NCBI GenBank assembly: GCA_016208765.1
Contig: JACQXK010000009.1
Location: 118,255-182,254, forward strand
DNA from: Candidatus Omnitrophota bacterium
GTDB taxonomy: Bacteria > Omnitrophota > Gorgyraeia > Gygaellales > Profunditerraquicolaceae
Length of the DNA: 64,000 bases
Reading direction: 5' to 3'
Shown here one piece after another: positions 20,032 to 30,021 of this stretch. Positions within the stretch are counted from its first letter, which is position 1; each line of letters opens with the position of its first letter. The translations under genes were made by a program, and so were the position numbers. A model generated the notes under the pieces. That model saw only the letters and a program-made list of their open reading frames with translations, did no database searches and was not told the DNA's origin.

Positions 20032-21672
20032 ATGCCTGTAGAAGAGATAGGACACATACTTTTAAATTCTAAGGTGATCACTAAAGAGCAGCTTGAATTT
20101 GCCCTGATGATCCAGAGGAATATCAGCCCTGCTCAAAGATTAGGAAGAATCCTTAAGTATTATAACTTTGCAAGCGAAGAGGCCGTGGCCAGGGCTTTAG
20201 CTAAGCAGGTCGGCTGGAGGTATTTTAACAAAAAATACGTGGTTAATCTTCCGATGGTAGAAAAAATAGGCCTGGAGTTTCTTGCAGATAGGGTTTTCCT
20301 ACCTGTGGAGACTGAAAAAGGGCTGTGTTTTGTTTTTGCCTATCCTTTTGATATCGAGGCAACCGATCTTCTTGCAAGCGCAGGCCTGCAGAACAAAGAG
20401 TTTTACATCGGAAGCGAAAACGCAATCCGGCATCACCTGGAGATGTTTAAAAATAAGAAAAAAAGAGAAGAGATTGACAAAAGAATCAACATGCTTAAAG
20501 AAACAGGCGTTGTCGGCGATGAGCTTAAAGAGTTGCTGGATGAGCTTTTAGATGATGCAATAATTCATAACGCTACTGATATCCATATTGAGCCGGAAGA
20601 AAAAATAAGCACTATACGTTTTAGGATTGACGGAATTCTCTATTTTAAGTTCTGCATTCCCTTGGAAGTGCACAACAACCTCATTAATGTGGTTTTCAGC
20701 AGGGCAGAGATTACCGTGAGCGATTTTTACAGGTTTCATGATGCCAGATTCCAGCATGTCTATTCAAATCAGCCTGTGGATATAAGGGTATCCTGTATTC
20801 CTTCAATATTCGGTCCGGCATTAGTCTTGCGGCTTCTAGGCGTAAATAAAACCTTAATTACTTTGGAAAACTTAGGATTCCATAAAACGCACTTTGACAC
20901 CATAAGCCGCATAACCAAGAAGCCCCACGGCATTATCATTATCACCGGGCCCACCGGAAGCGGTAAGACTACGACACTTTATGCTATCCTCAGCCAACTT
21001 AAATCCCTTTCTACAAAAGTAATTACCATCGAGGATCCTGTTGAGATTAAAATGCCGCTTATAAACCAGGTACAGATTAATGAAAAACAGGGCATTACTT
21101 TTGCTCATGCCACGAGGGCATTTTTACGGCATGACCCGAATATAATCTTGATCGGCGAAATAAGAGATCACGATACAGCCCAAGAGGCGATACGTGCTTC
21201 CATTACCGGACACAGAGTATTATCCACGTTGCACACGAACACGGCAGCGGACTCAGTTTACCGGCTGCATGATTTGGGAATAGAGCTTAGACATATCGCA
21301 AACAGCATTCTTTGCGTTATCTCGCAAAGGCTGATCAGAAAGCTCTGTCCATTCTGCAAAAAAAGAGCCATTGTTAAAAAAGAGGAACTGCCGGAATTCT
21401 TTATGAAGTATCTTAAGGAGGATGAAAGCGAAATCCGCGTATATAAGAGTAAAGGATGTCTTCACTGCCAGGCGGGTTTCCTCGGTCGTACTGTCATTGC
21501 CGAGGTTTTAGAGTTTAGCGATGATGTCCGGGATTTAGTCAACTTGGGAAAACTGGATCTAGTCAGGCACAAAAATAAAGAAGAAGGCTTCACCAACCTC
21601 CAGCAGGATGCGGTAAGACTTGTACGCGAAGGCGTTACTTCTCTTGAAGAGGCAATGAGGGTAGCAGGATAA
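20032..21672 (+). CDS. type IV pilus/T2SS assembly ATPase (PilB/GspE)
   Basis: TDIHIEP, TGPTGSGKTTTLY, TIEDPVE, LRHDPNIILIGEIRD, LSTLHTN, CxxC pairs. Confidence 0.95.
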   Translation: MPVEEIGHILLNSKVITKEQLEFALMIQRNISPAQRLGRILKYYNFASEEAVARALAKQVGWRYFNKKYVVNLPMVEKIGLEFLADRVFLPVETEKGLCFVFAYPFDIEATDLLASAGLQNKEFYIGSENAIRHHLEMFKNKKKREEIDKRINMLKETGVVGDELKELLDELLDDAIIHNATDIHIEPEEKISTIRFRIDGILYFKFCIPLEVHNNLINVVFSRAEITVSDFYRFHDARFQHVYSNQPVDIRVSCIPSIFGPALVLRLLGVNKTLITLENLGFHKTHFDTISRITKKPHGIIIITGPTGSGKTTTLYAILSQLKSLSTKVITIEDPVEIKMPLINQVQINEKQGITFAHATRAFLRHDPNIILIGEIRDHDTAQEAIRASITGHRVLSTLHTNTAADSVYRLHDLGIELRHIANSILCVISQRLIRKLCPFCKKRAIVKKEELPEFFMKYLKEDESEIRVYKSKGCLHCQAGFLGRTVIAEVLEFSDDVRDLVNLGKLDLVRHKNKEEGFTNLQQDAVRLVREGVTSLEEAMRVAG

Positions 21673-22878
21673 ATGTATTATAAATTCAGCGTCTTATCAG
21701 AAACAGGAAACGAAATAAACGGTATTGAGCAGGGTTCCTATTCAGAAATAAAGAACAGCTTAAGGCAGAAGAACTATTACATTTTGTCTTTGGAAGCGGA
21801 TTTTTTTAAGTCAATAAGGTTTGCCTTGGAGAAAAAAACAATTAAGGCGCAAACGCTGGCAGTATTTTTTGAGGATTTGGTGAACATGCTAAAAACCGGC
21901 ATTGCCATGAATGAGGCGGTTAGCGCCTTACGGGAGTCGTCTGTTGAGCCCGTCCTGACTAAGGCTTTATCCGGCATTGAGTATGATCTTGTTAACGGTT
22001 TTTCTTTGACTAATGCCTTTAAAGAAACAAAAGTCTTTCCATGGCTGGTTTTAAATATGCTTAAAGTCGGCGAGAAATCCGGCTCTCTTGAGCAGGTATT
22101 CGAGGATTTAGCCAAGTATTATTCCCGGGAGGCGGAATTCCTGAGTAGTTTAAAGAGCGCGGTAATTTATCCAATAATTGTATTCTGCATGCTGGTCGGG
22201 ATAATGTTCTATGTTTCCTTTAAGGTGTTACCTCATTTAGAGGCGCTCTTGCCCATAAGGGGCAATGCTTATTTTTCAACCCGACTGCTTTTATCTTTGA
22301 GCCATTTCCTGAAAGACTTCTGGTTTGTCTGTTTATTGTTTCCGGTTGTATTAGCGTGTATCTATTCAAGGTTTAAGAAAAGCTCGGTTGAAAGAATTGC
22401 ATCATTCTATTACAAGCTTCCCCTGGTAGGTTCTGTGGCTAAAGACGCAGCTATTTCTAACCTTTTTTCTAAGCTCGCGGTTCTCCAAAGAAACGGCATC
22501 AATATCGCTGACGCGCTTTCCTTAATCGAAGAGACTACTTCTTATCAATTTTTAGCTAAGAAAATACAGAAGCTTAATGATCTTATTGTAAGCGGGCTTA
22601 GCTTCTGGCAGGCCCTGCAAAAAGACCCATTTTTCCCAAAGCTTGTTTATACAACTGTCAGAAAAGGCGAGGAGATGGGCTCGCTTGATGAGTATCTGCA
22701 AAGCCTTTCCAAGTATTACTTTGATAAAGTCTCAAGGAGCATACGCGTAATTTTAGGTTTTATCCAACCGGCACTTTTAGTTTTCTGCGCAGCAGTTTTA
22801 TTGTTTGTTGTTTCGGCATTCATCATGCCGGTTTACAGCAATCTTTCAAACATTGCAGGCGGCAATGTTAAGTTTTAG
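21673..22878 (+). CDS. type IV pilus platform protein (PilC/GspF)
   Basis: VGEKSGSL, AVIYP, GEEMGSL, IQP. Confidence 0.92.
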   Translation: MYYKFSVLSETGNEINGIEQGSYSEIKNSLRQKNYYILSLEADFFKSIRFALEKKTIKAQTLAVFFEDLVNMLKTGIAMNEAVSALRESSVEPVLTKALSGIEYDLVNGFSLTNAFKETKVFPWLVLNMLKVGEKSGSLEQVFEDLAKYYSREAEFLSSLKSAVIYPIIVFCMLVGIMFYVSFKVLPHLEALLPIRGNAYFSTRLLLSLSHFLKDFWFVCLLFPVVLACIYSRFKKSSVERIASFYYKLPLVGSVAKDAAISNLFSKLAVLQRNGINIADALSLIEETTSYQFLAKKIQKLNDLIVSGLSFWQALQKDPFFPKLVYTTVRKGEEMGSLDEYLQSLSKYYFDKVSRSIRVILGFIQPALLVFCAAVLLFVVSAFIMPVYSNLSNIAGGNVKF

Positions 22879-22894
22879 AGGAGGTGAGGAAAAG

Positions 22895-23320
22895 ATGAGG
22901 AATAGGGGAGGTTTTACGCTGATCGAACTGGTGCTGGTCATAAGCATTATCGCGCTTTTAATCATGGCGGTGGGATTAACTAGCGGCGTACGGGAAAATG
23001 CCAAGGTGCATTCGGCTTCCGAATCAGTCAAGGCATTAAGGACAGCTGCGGAAAGCTACATCGCAGCCGGTAACATGACCTACACCGGGATAACGATTCC
23101 TGGCTTACAGACATTAGGGTACTTGCCTGCCAGTTTTTCTGCAACAGGCTCAAACCCTTGGGGCGGGAATTATGTCATAGCCCCGAATACCGACACTAAT
23201 AAGGTCGATATCTCGCTTACCGGTGTAAGCAGTTCTGCGGCAACAAGGCTTTCGGCTTTGTTTGCTAACAGTGCAGCAGCAACTAGCTATGCATCCGAAA
23301 CATGGACAATAACGTTTTAG
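22895..23320 (+). CDS. major type IV pilin
   Basis: class III signal MRNRGG/FTLIEL; NPWGG. Confidence 0.88.
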   Translation: MRNRGGFTLIELVLVISIIALLIMAVGLTSGVRENAKVHSASESVKALRTAAESYIAAGNMTYTGITIPGLQTLGYLPASFSATGSNPWGGNYVIAPNTDTNKVDISLTGVSSSAATRLSALFANSAAATSYASETWTITF

Positions 23321-23772
23321 CAAAGCGTGGTTTTAGTTTGGCTGAGCTGAGCCTTGTGCTGATGTTAGTTAACGTATTCATTGCCGTATCTTTTTACTCT
23401 GCGGCAAAGATACGGCAGGCTGCTTCAGCACAAAGGGTAATTGAGGAGCTGGATGCAATAGCTGCAGCAAGTACCAGATATTACAGCGAGCATGGGGCGT
23501 GGCCGGTGAATTTAGCCGACCTGCGCCCCAGCTATCTGGTGCAGCAGTCTAGCGACCTTAATCCCTTTGGCAATGCCTATACAATTACCTCTAATGCTTC
23601 AAGTTTTTCAATATCTACGCTTTTGCCAAAAAACCTAGTTACCAATAAAAGCTACGGCAGCGAGGTTGTGGTTGTAAATCAGGGTAATAATGATCTGGTT
23701 AGCATCACTAAATCACCAGAATCAATAAACTGGAAGTTAAAATATGAGAAGAAGTACATCCATAAACAATAA
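23302..23772 (+). CDS. minor type IV pilin
   Basis: KRG/FSLAEL; WP...L...NPFG. Confidence 0.82.
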   Translation: MDNNVLAKRGFSLAELSLVLMLVNVFIAVSFYSAAKIRQAASAQRVIEELDAIAAASTRYYSEHGAWPVNLADLRPSYLVQQSSDLNPFGNAYTITSNASSFSISTLLPKNLVTNKSYGSEVVVVNQGNNDLVSITKSPESINWKLKYEKKYIHKQ

Positions 23773-24577
23773 AAAGGGTTTTTCTTTAATTGAGCTTTGT
23801 ATAGCGCTTGGGGTTTTGGTTATCCTTACCTCATCCATTACCCCTGTTTTTATCAAGAGAATACAGGTTAAGGCAGGGGAAAAGACTGCGCTGGAGATGT
23901 CGGTAATACAGCAGGCAGCGCTTTCGTATTACGCAGCTAATAATGCTTGGCCTGCGAGTATCCAAGCTTTGCAAAATGCAGGATACCTTAATCCTTCTTG
24001 GTCTGCTAATAATCCCTGGCAGAATGCTTATACTATTTCCTCAACTATCAGCGCTTTTACGGTCTCAACCACTGTGCCTCAGGAGTGGACAAATCTTGTA
24101 GCAAGGGACCTGCCCACTAGTTCTGTATTGGGAACTATCGTCGGCAGTGTTGTGCCTGCGCCTGGCAGCGCTCAAAATGATTCGCTTCCCATAGGTTCAA
24201 TTGTTATCTGGTCAGGTGCTGTTGCTTCCATACCTACTGGTTGGCAGCTTTGCGACGGAACTAACGGCACGCCTGATCTTCGGGATAAGTTTGTGGTAGG
24301 GGCAAGGCAGGATTCAGGCGGTGTCTCAATGACGAATGTTTCCGGTTCATTAACCAAGATTGGAGGGGAAGCAAAACATACATTAACTATTGCCGAGATG
24401 CCTGCACATACGCATTCTTATCGCTGGTGGCCGGGATGGTATTTTTCAGGTAGCTCTGAATACGGCGCAAAAGGCGGCCCTGACGATAACCATCAGACCG
24501 GAAGCGTAGGAGGCGGACAGCCGCATAACATACTGCCGCCTTATTATGCCCTATGCTTTATCATGAAAATCTCTTAA
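23744..24577 (+). CDS. minor pilin fused to a phage tail-collar/tail-fibre domain (putative tip adhesin)
   Basis: KKG/FSLIEL N-terminus; PIGSIVIWSG..IPTGWQLCDGTNGTPDLRDKFVVGA, LTIAEMPAHTH, PHNILPPYYALCFIMK. Confidence 0.82.
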   Translation: MRRSTSINNKKGFSLIELCIALGVLVILTSSITPVFIKRIQVKAGEKTALEMSVIQQAALSYYAANNAWPASIQALQNAGYLNPSWSANNPWQNAYTISSTISAFTVSTTVPQEWTNLVARDLPTSSVLGTIVGSVVPAPGSAQNDSLPIGSIVIWSGAVASIPTGWQLCDGTNGTPDLRDKFVVGARQDSGGVSMTNVSGSLTKIGGEAKHTLTIAEMPAHTHSYRWWPGWYFSGSSEYGAKGGPDDNHQTGSVGGGQPHNILPPYYALCFIMKIS

Positions 24578-24583
24578 AGACAA

Positions 24584-25492
24584 ATGGTTTCAAGATTTAG
24601 GAAGGCTTTTATTGTTATTTTGTTTTTGATCTTTTCTTTAGGAAAAGTTTTTGCTCTTGAGACAACCGATATCTTGGGGATGGTAAACTTAAACTGCATA
24701 GATTTAAAGGTAATCGGCGTATGCGTAAATCCCATTGGTATTCCCGGTATTGTGATTATGTATTGGGAACCCGCCTTGCTTATTGAAACCGTCAAGCGCC
24801 CGGGCGACACTGTAATTAATTCGTTAAAACCGGTTATCGCTGATTTTGCTTCACAGGGAACTAAAAATCTTATGTCCGGGCTTACAGGATTGCCTGTAGT
24901 AATATCAAGCGGATCTAGTTCTAGCAAGCTGACTGGAACAAATTTGCAGTTTAATGAAGCACACGTGTATGAGTTTCCATTTAGGGATGAGATTATGTCT
25001 TTCATTGATATGCAGTGTCCGGATAAACTTCCTACAGGTTTATTTATCAAGTATCTTTCGGAATTGGATTCTGCGGAATGGCGTATAGGCGCTATTGAGG
25101 CCTTGCATCCGAAAAGTATTGCTTCAGCGGCAAGTGGTTTAACCTGCGCTGCAACAGGAGCATTCCTGGATGATCTGTGCATGGGTTTTTGGGGAGCAGC
25201 TTATCCAAGACGAGGTTTTGTTACGCACCAGAGCGAAGTAGTGGGGAGCGCAATAGCAGCAACTAGAGCAGTAAGCATTGCCTCACTTTTAGGCTCTACT
25301 TTTCATATCGTCTTGGAGACCACAGGTTTTATTCCTTCCTTTGATAGCGATAAGCTGGAGTTAATTTATCCAAATCCAAGCGGATGCATCAAAATAGGCC
25401 AGCATCCGGCAACCTGGGAATCCGGCAAATTGTCTTCATCCGGGAAATACCTTTGGGTATATTGGAGAAGAAGAATATGCTGTATTTATTAA
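24584..25492 (+). CDS. traU: TraU-like protein
   Basis: CIDLKVIGVC, YWEP, YLSELD..W, WG.AYPRRG, W.YWRRRICC. Confidence 0.8.
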   Translation: MVSRFRKAFIVILFLIFSLGKVFALETTDILGMVNLNCIDLKVIGVCVNPIGIPGIVIMYWEPALLIETVKRPGDTVINSLKPVIADFASQGTKNLMSGLTGLPVVISSGSSSSKLTGTNLQFNEAHVYEFPFRDEIMSFIDMQCPDKLPTGLFIKYLSELDSAEWRIGAIEALHPKSIASAASGLTCAATGAFLDDLCMGFWGAAYPRRGFVTHQSEVVGSAIAATRAVSIASLLGSTFHIVLETTGFIPSFDSDKLELIYPNPSGCIKIGQHPATWESGKLSSSGKYLWVYWRRRICCIY

Positions 25493-26016
25493 GCGTAATT
25501 TTAAGCGTTTCTTTATTATTAAATCCGGCTTATGTAATAGCAGGATTTTTTGATGAGAAAGATGTCTCTATACAGCAAAGCGGTTGCAGTGAATGTCAAA
25601 GCCAAACACTTAACCTAAATCCGGATTTAAAAGAAAAAGTTGTAGTAATAGAAAAGAAGATTTCCAATAACCTCAATAAAAATACCAGTGGTAAAGAGAT
25701 CACCTTATTTATTGATCTTAGCGACAGCTATTTTGACCAGGCGGTTAACGTATTAGTCAAATTCAAAAATGACAATCCTGACTGGTTGGTTAAAGGCGTT
25801 ATTACTGGCAGCAAGAATAATTTAAAAGAAAAGTTACTTGCGAAACAGAAGTTTTTTGGCACCGGTATTGAATTCAGTATTGACCTGAGTGGCACCTTGT
25901 CAAAAGAGTTCGGTATCATTAAGACGCCGGTTTATTTGATTTCCTATAAAGGCAGCCAGCAGAAAATAACCGGGTTGTCTGATTTTAATGATTTTATATC
26001 GAGACTTAATAAATGA
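25477..26016 (+). CDS. TrbC(F-type)-like periplasmic protein
   Basis: signal peptide; SID...F.I.KTPVY; follows traU. Confidence 0.5.
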   Translation: MLYLLSVILSVSLLLNPAYVIAGFFDEKDVSIQQSGCSECQSQTLNLNPDLKEKVVVIEKKISNNLNKNTSGKEITLFIDLSDSYFDQAVNVLVKFKNDNPDWLVKGVITGSKNNLKEKLLAKQKFFGTGIEFSIDLSGTLSKEFGIIKTPVYLISYKGSQQKITGLSDFNDFISRLNK

Positions 26017-26741
26017 GAGCATTTATTCTTATGTTTATCCTTTTTTTATCGCACCTTGCTAATGCATCCGCAGAAAGTATCTTTCAGTATAAACGGATTG
26101 ATTTTTTCCGAGAAATAGAAACACAAATAGAACCAGTAACAGCACAAACTAATAATTCTTCCGAAGTTATTACAGAAGAATGGGCTGAACCAATAATTGC
26201 TCCTTCCGGCAAAGTAAATGTCTATGTACCGCCTAAAGAGGTGAGGAATTTCCTGGATAAGCCCGATCCGGATAACGCAAGGGCATACTTACAGTGGAAC
26301 TTAAAGAGGATTAAAAAATTCATCCTTGCGCAGGAATTGCTAAGAAAAGAAGCAAAGGAGCTTGAAGTGATTAAGGAAACGAAAAGCCTGCTTGAACCCG
26401 ATTCTCCAGCAGGATTTAGGGATTCTAGTAGCAATACAAAAGTTGATGTGAGTTATCTGTTCTATTTTATGCTAAAAGGTTGCCCTGTGTGTGAGAAAGA
26501 ATCCCAGGTGATAGAAGACGTCTATCTTAATCATCCAGAAATCAGAATCGAAGCCTTTGCCAAAGGCTTCTCTGACAGGGAGCTAGAAAACTTTAAGTTT
26601 TCTGCCAAGCAAGATTCTGGCATGAGCAGCCTTTTTAAGGTTGAATCATATCCGGCTATTGCAATATTTAACAAAAAGAATAAAAGGTATTTTCTTTCGG
26701 GGTTTGTAGATAAAGAGAGGATACTTAAGCTGCTTAAATGA
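26013..26741 (+). CDS. TraF/TrbB-like thioredoxin-fold protein
   Basis: P..NARAYL.W; FYFMLKGCPVC; VESYP. Confidence 0.7.
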   Translation: MRAFILMFILFLSHLANASAESIFQYKRIDFFREIETQIEPVTAQTNNSSEVITEEWAEPIIAPSGKVNVYVPPKEVRNFLDKPDPDNARAYLQWNLKRIKKFILAQELLRKEAKELEVIKETKSLLEPDSPAGFRDSSSNTKVDVSYLFYFMLKGCPVCEKESQVIEDVYLNHPEIRIEAFAKGFSDRELENFKFSAKQDSGMSSLFKVESYPAIAIFNKKNKRYFLSGFVDKERILKLLK

Positions 26742-28018
26742 AGAAAATCATTATTTCTTTAGCTTTAATTTCGCTATTAAGAGGTATAAGCTATGCTGAT
26801 ATTTTCTCTAAAGACGATACCACTAGCCCTTATACCATAGACAGCGCTATTTCCGAAGATAGGTCCGGCTTCTATTACCGGGGAGGTCTTGACTACCGGC
26901 CGACTGTTCCGGTTGATGAGCCGGGAGTAGGTTACTCTATCTTAAGTGGTTCAAAAGGATGCAGCGGTTTTGACCTTGCCTCAAGCTTTAACAGCGTTCT
27001 CTCAGAACAGATCCTGGCGGATTATATGAAAGGTATATCCAGCGAAGCAATGGCAGCTGCACCGATGTTATTATTAGAGTATGTTTCGCCGACATTGGCA
27101 GACATCATCAAACACTTTAATGCTATGACTAATATGCGCCTAGGTCTAAGGTATGCCCAATGCGAAGACATCGAGAAGGCAGCCGGGGAATACATGGATA
27201 AGCTAAGGAAAAAGAGTGAGAGCGAGTGCGTTAAAGAAAAAGTAGCAACCGGCCTTGATATTGACTCAGCGCTTAAAGCCTGCAAAGAGGGGAAAGATCC
27301 ATTCGCCTTCCTGAAGAATGCTGAAGGCGTTCCCTTGGCACAGGGAGGAAAAATCGATGTACTTTCAGATATCTTTAAGAAGATAAATATCCCGGGCGAG
27401 AGAAAAGATTTTGTCAAATCAGTGGTAGGCGAGACCACCATCACCTCATCACAGATTGAGAACAACAAAGGAGAAAAATCCATCTATAAGGTAAACGATG
27501 AGTTTAGGTCTGAAACTTCCGATAAGTTTCTCTCTCTTTTCAATGAATACCTGAATTCAAAAACTGTATCCAGCGATTCATTAAAAGGCCTGTCCTTACA
27601 CAATAATCCGGTGACAGAGGAACAGATTAGAGATATAGCTTTGATGCCTAAGGCAAAACAATATATAGCGATTTCCAAAATTTCCTCTGACATAGCTTAT
27701 TTTAAGACTGTCTCCCAATACAGGCAGGCTATGGATGATTTATTAGAGGCAATGCGCGCGCCTGGCTTAGATGATGTGCAAAGAGGCGTGCTTGAGCGGG
27801 ATTATAATTACCTGAAAGAGAAACTGGAAAGATTCAAAGAGGAAAGAGAGATTTATAAAGATTACAACGAAGCCGTAGCCGGTATCTTATCGGAATCAGA
27901 AAAAGAAAAGCTCAATACCATTATAAATGATGATGGAACAAGCTCGTATTTCAACGATACTACTGAAACGCAGGATAAAAAAGAGATGTACCTGTCTGCT
28001 ACGGAAGAAAAGGAGTAA
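26738..28018 (+). CDS. TraH-like/ICE mating-pair protein
   Basis: signal peptide, GCSGFD, L....P.LA, QCE. Confidence 0.55.
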   Translation: MKKIIISLALISLLRGISYADIFSKDDTTSPYTIDSAISEDRSGFYYRGGLDYRPTVPVDEPGVGYSILSGSKGCSGFDLASSFNSVLSEQILADYMKGISSEAMAAAPMLLLEYVSPTLADIIKHFNAMTNMRLGLRYAQCEDIEKAAGEYMDKLRKKSESECVKEKVATGLDIDSALKACKEGKDPFAFLKNAEGVPLAQGGKIDVLSDIFKKINIPGERKDFVKSVVGETTITSSQIENNKGEKSIYKVNDEFRSETSDKFLSLFNEYLNSKTVSSDSLKGLSLHNNPVTEEQIRDIALMPKAKQYIAISKISSDIAYFKTVSQYRQAMDDLLEAMRAPGLDDVQRGVLERDYNYLKEKLERFKEEREIYKDYNEAVAGILSESEKEKLNTIINDDGTSSYFNDTTETQDKKEMYLSATEEKE

Positions 28019-28056
28019 TATAAAAAATGAAGATTTTAGATCATGATCTCAAACTA

Positions 28057-28101
28057 TTAAAATATATTCAGTTTTTAGGAAAGAGGATTAACTATGCAGA
28101 T
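28057..28101 (+). repeat. 45-bp direct repeat, copy 2
   Basis: identical to 9654-9698. Confidence 0.9.
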
Positions 28102-28958
28102 TTACGAAAGTAAAACCCTTCTTTGAAATAAGGGTGTTTTTTTAATAGTTCAACCCTACGTAAGTTGAGATTGGATAGTCCATTTCTCACGGTTTCCTCG
28201 TAATATTTTTCTCGATTTCCTACCAATTTGTTCTTTCCGTTAAAAAATGTTTCAAAGATTATATGTTTGATTCTTATAAAATCATCTTTAATTATAGCAT
28301 TGATTGCAAGCAATGAGTCTAATATATGCACCATTCTTAAGCAATTATCTCGATGATAAGTAGGATCAATCGATGAAAGATGTGCCCAAATATGTCGGTT
28401 AAAATTTAATAATGGCAAATCGGATCTTCTTCGTACCTGTTTATATAAAGTATTAGAAAGTAAAGTAAGTAGATTTTCTACGATGTAAGTGAGAAGCGGT
28501 TGTAATTCAGGGCGTCCTGCGCGTAGAGACATCATTCTTTGAATATTACTATTGTCTATTCGAACGAATTCCCTTTCTCCTATTAACTGGAGGATGATGC
28601 CTTCTGGCAAGGGAGTCAATACTCCCTCACAAGTAATCAAGTTTAAGTCATACAACTCTAGAAGACCGATTTCAACCAAGTGCGAGAATTTATCTATTGG
28701 CTGAAGATTACAGTATCCTTCTTCTATCAATATGGCCCGAAATTTATAAAGAAGTGTATTAACAAATATCTCATCGGCAATCATCTTCCCGTAATGTTCT
28801 TTATCTCTTAGGGTGGGCGTTCCAGGAAGGCGTTTGATAAAATCAATAAATTTTGGCTTTACAAACTGAAAAAACCAAAAAGGAGATATAACCCATTCAT
28901 ACTTAGTTAATTTTACATTGGCCAAATTATATGATTCAAAGAGTTCTCCATCAGTCAA
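28092..28958 (-). CDS. hypothetical cargo protein, opposite strand, AT-rich
   Basis: 288-aa ORF; AGGAG RBS before the TTG start; no recognised motif. Confidence 0.65.
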   Translation of the reverse strand: MTDGELFESYNLANVKLTKYEWVISPFWFFQFVKPKFIDFIKRLPGTPTLRDKEHYGKMIADEIFVNTLLYKFRAILIEEGYCNLQPIDKFSHLVEIGLLELYDLNLITCEGVLTPLPEGIILQLIGEREFVRIDNSNIQRMMSLRAGRPELQPLLTYIVENLLTLLSNTLYKQVRRRSDLPLLNFNRHIWAHLSSIDPTYHRDNCLRMVHILDSLLAINAIIKDDFIRIKHIIFETFFNGKNKLVGNREKYYEETVRNGLSNLNLRRVELLKKHPYFKEGFYFRKSA

Positions 28959-29337
28959 TATTGTCTCCTTTTTTATATATAACTTTATGGCATAGAAACT
29001 AGCTGATTCTATTGGAATTGCATAAAATTACATATTTTAGAATGCACAGGTAAAATTATATCAAAGATTGAAAAAATTGTCATTTAGATTTTGTCGTGGT
29101 GGCCACACGATTCACTTTAGCGGCTGAAATTTTTCTCTGTTTATTAGAGAACCTATCCTATGGCAGGCCTTATAAATTCTTCAGTTATCGTTTCTGAATT
29201 GGACTACAAACCATTACAGGAACGTATTTTCTCTTCTATAAAATTTTTACTATCTGTTTTGCAGTTTTTTCGATACACTAACCTTTTCTTCGATCAGACA
29301 GCTTCCTTTTCTCATTTTTTATTTTTTCTTGTCTTCA

Positions 29338-29676
29338 GTAATCCCCTTTCTTTTTATCCGCCTACAATAACCCAAGCCTGACTTTTGCTCAAGAAAATCC
29401 TTCGGAAAAATTCATCTCTGCCTAAAAAGCCTTTTCGTGGTTTGCCTCGGAAAGGCTTTTTTGTCATCAGAAGTATTCTGCCCCTATAGGGGAGTCTCAA
29501 TTTTTCCAAAGGACTCCCAAGAAGGTCGCTCGTTTGGCTCTCGCTTCCCTTCGGGCATGTCTGTTTTTTTGACAAAAGACCGTATTTTCTGTGGTGTGCC
29601 TCAAAAAATACTTCAATTTCTTGGGTTTTAATTTTCGGCGTCAAAAGAAAGGAGGCTTACATGAGCCAAGTAAAAA
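29338..29676 (+). promoter_or_regulatory. ~340-bp fold-back repeat, copy 1 (candidate ssDNA promoter, Frpo/ssi-like)
   Basis: imperfect direct repeat of 33187-33513; nested stems with compensatory changes; ends in AAGAAAGGAGGCTTAC-ATG. Confidence 0.72.
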
Positions 29677-29711
29677 CAAAACAAAAAACAAATCGAAAGG
29701 AGGTGAATACT

Positions 29712-29963
29712 ATGATTGAAGTAGCCAGAGTTTATAAAGTCGAAAAAGACGAGAGCTCCCTGAAGGCCTTTGTTGACATTAAAGTCGCTGACGCGGTTTT
29801 AATCAAAGGTATCAGGGTTATGGCTAAAAAAGACGGCGGGCTGTTCGCAGCTATGCCATCCCATTTAGCTGGCGACGGTAAGTATTACGATACCGTTCAA
29901 TTCTTAACGCCTGAGGCAAAAACCGAATTGCAAGAAGTGGTTCTTGCAGCCTACGAGGCTTAA
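29712..29963 (+). CDS. SpoVG family nucleic-acid-binding protein (in-frame upstream ATG at 29661)
   Basis: LKAFVDI.V.D.V.IKGIRV...GLFAAMPS...YYD.V. Confidence 0.88.
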   Translation: MIEVARVYKVEKDESSLKAFVDIKVADAVLIKGIRVMAKKDGGLFAAMPSHLAGDGKYYDTVQFLTPEAKTELQEVVLAAYEA

Positions 29964-30021
29964 AGAATTTAAAAACTTTAAAAGCTGTCCTATCGGCTAT
30001 ACGGGGGAAAGGAAAGATAAA

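Noticed and set aside
24180-24577. prophage remnant or shufflon suggested by the tail-collar domain
   Set aside because: The domain is fused in frame to a prepilin; no other phage genes, alternative C-terminal cassettes or invertase were seen.
29160-29644. ORFs 29160-29381, 29354-29644 and 29437-29631
   Set aside because: They overlap the fold-back repeat and pyrimidine tracts; frames are not preserved between the two repeat copies.
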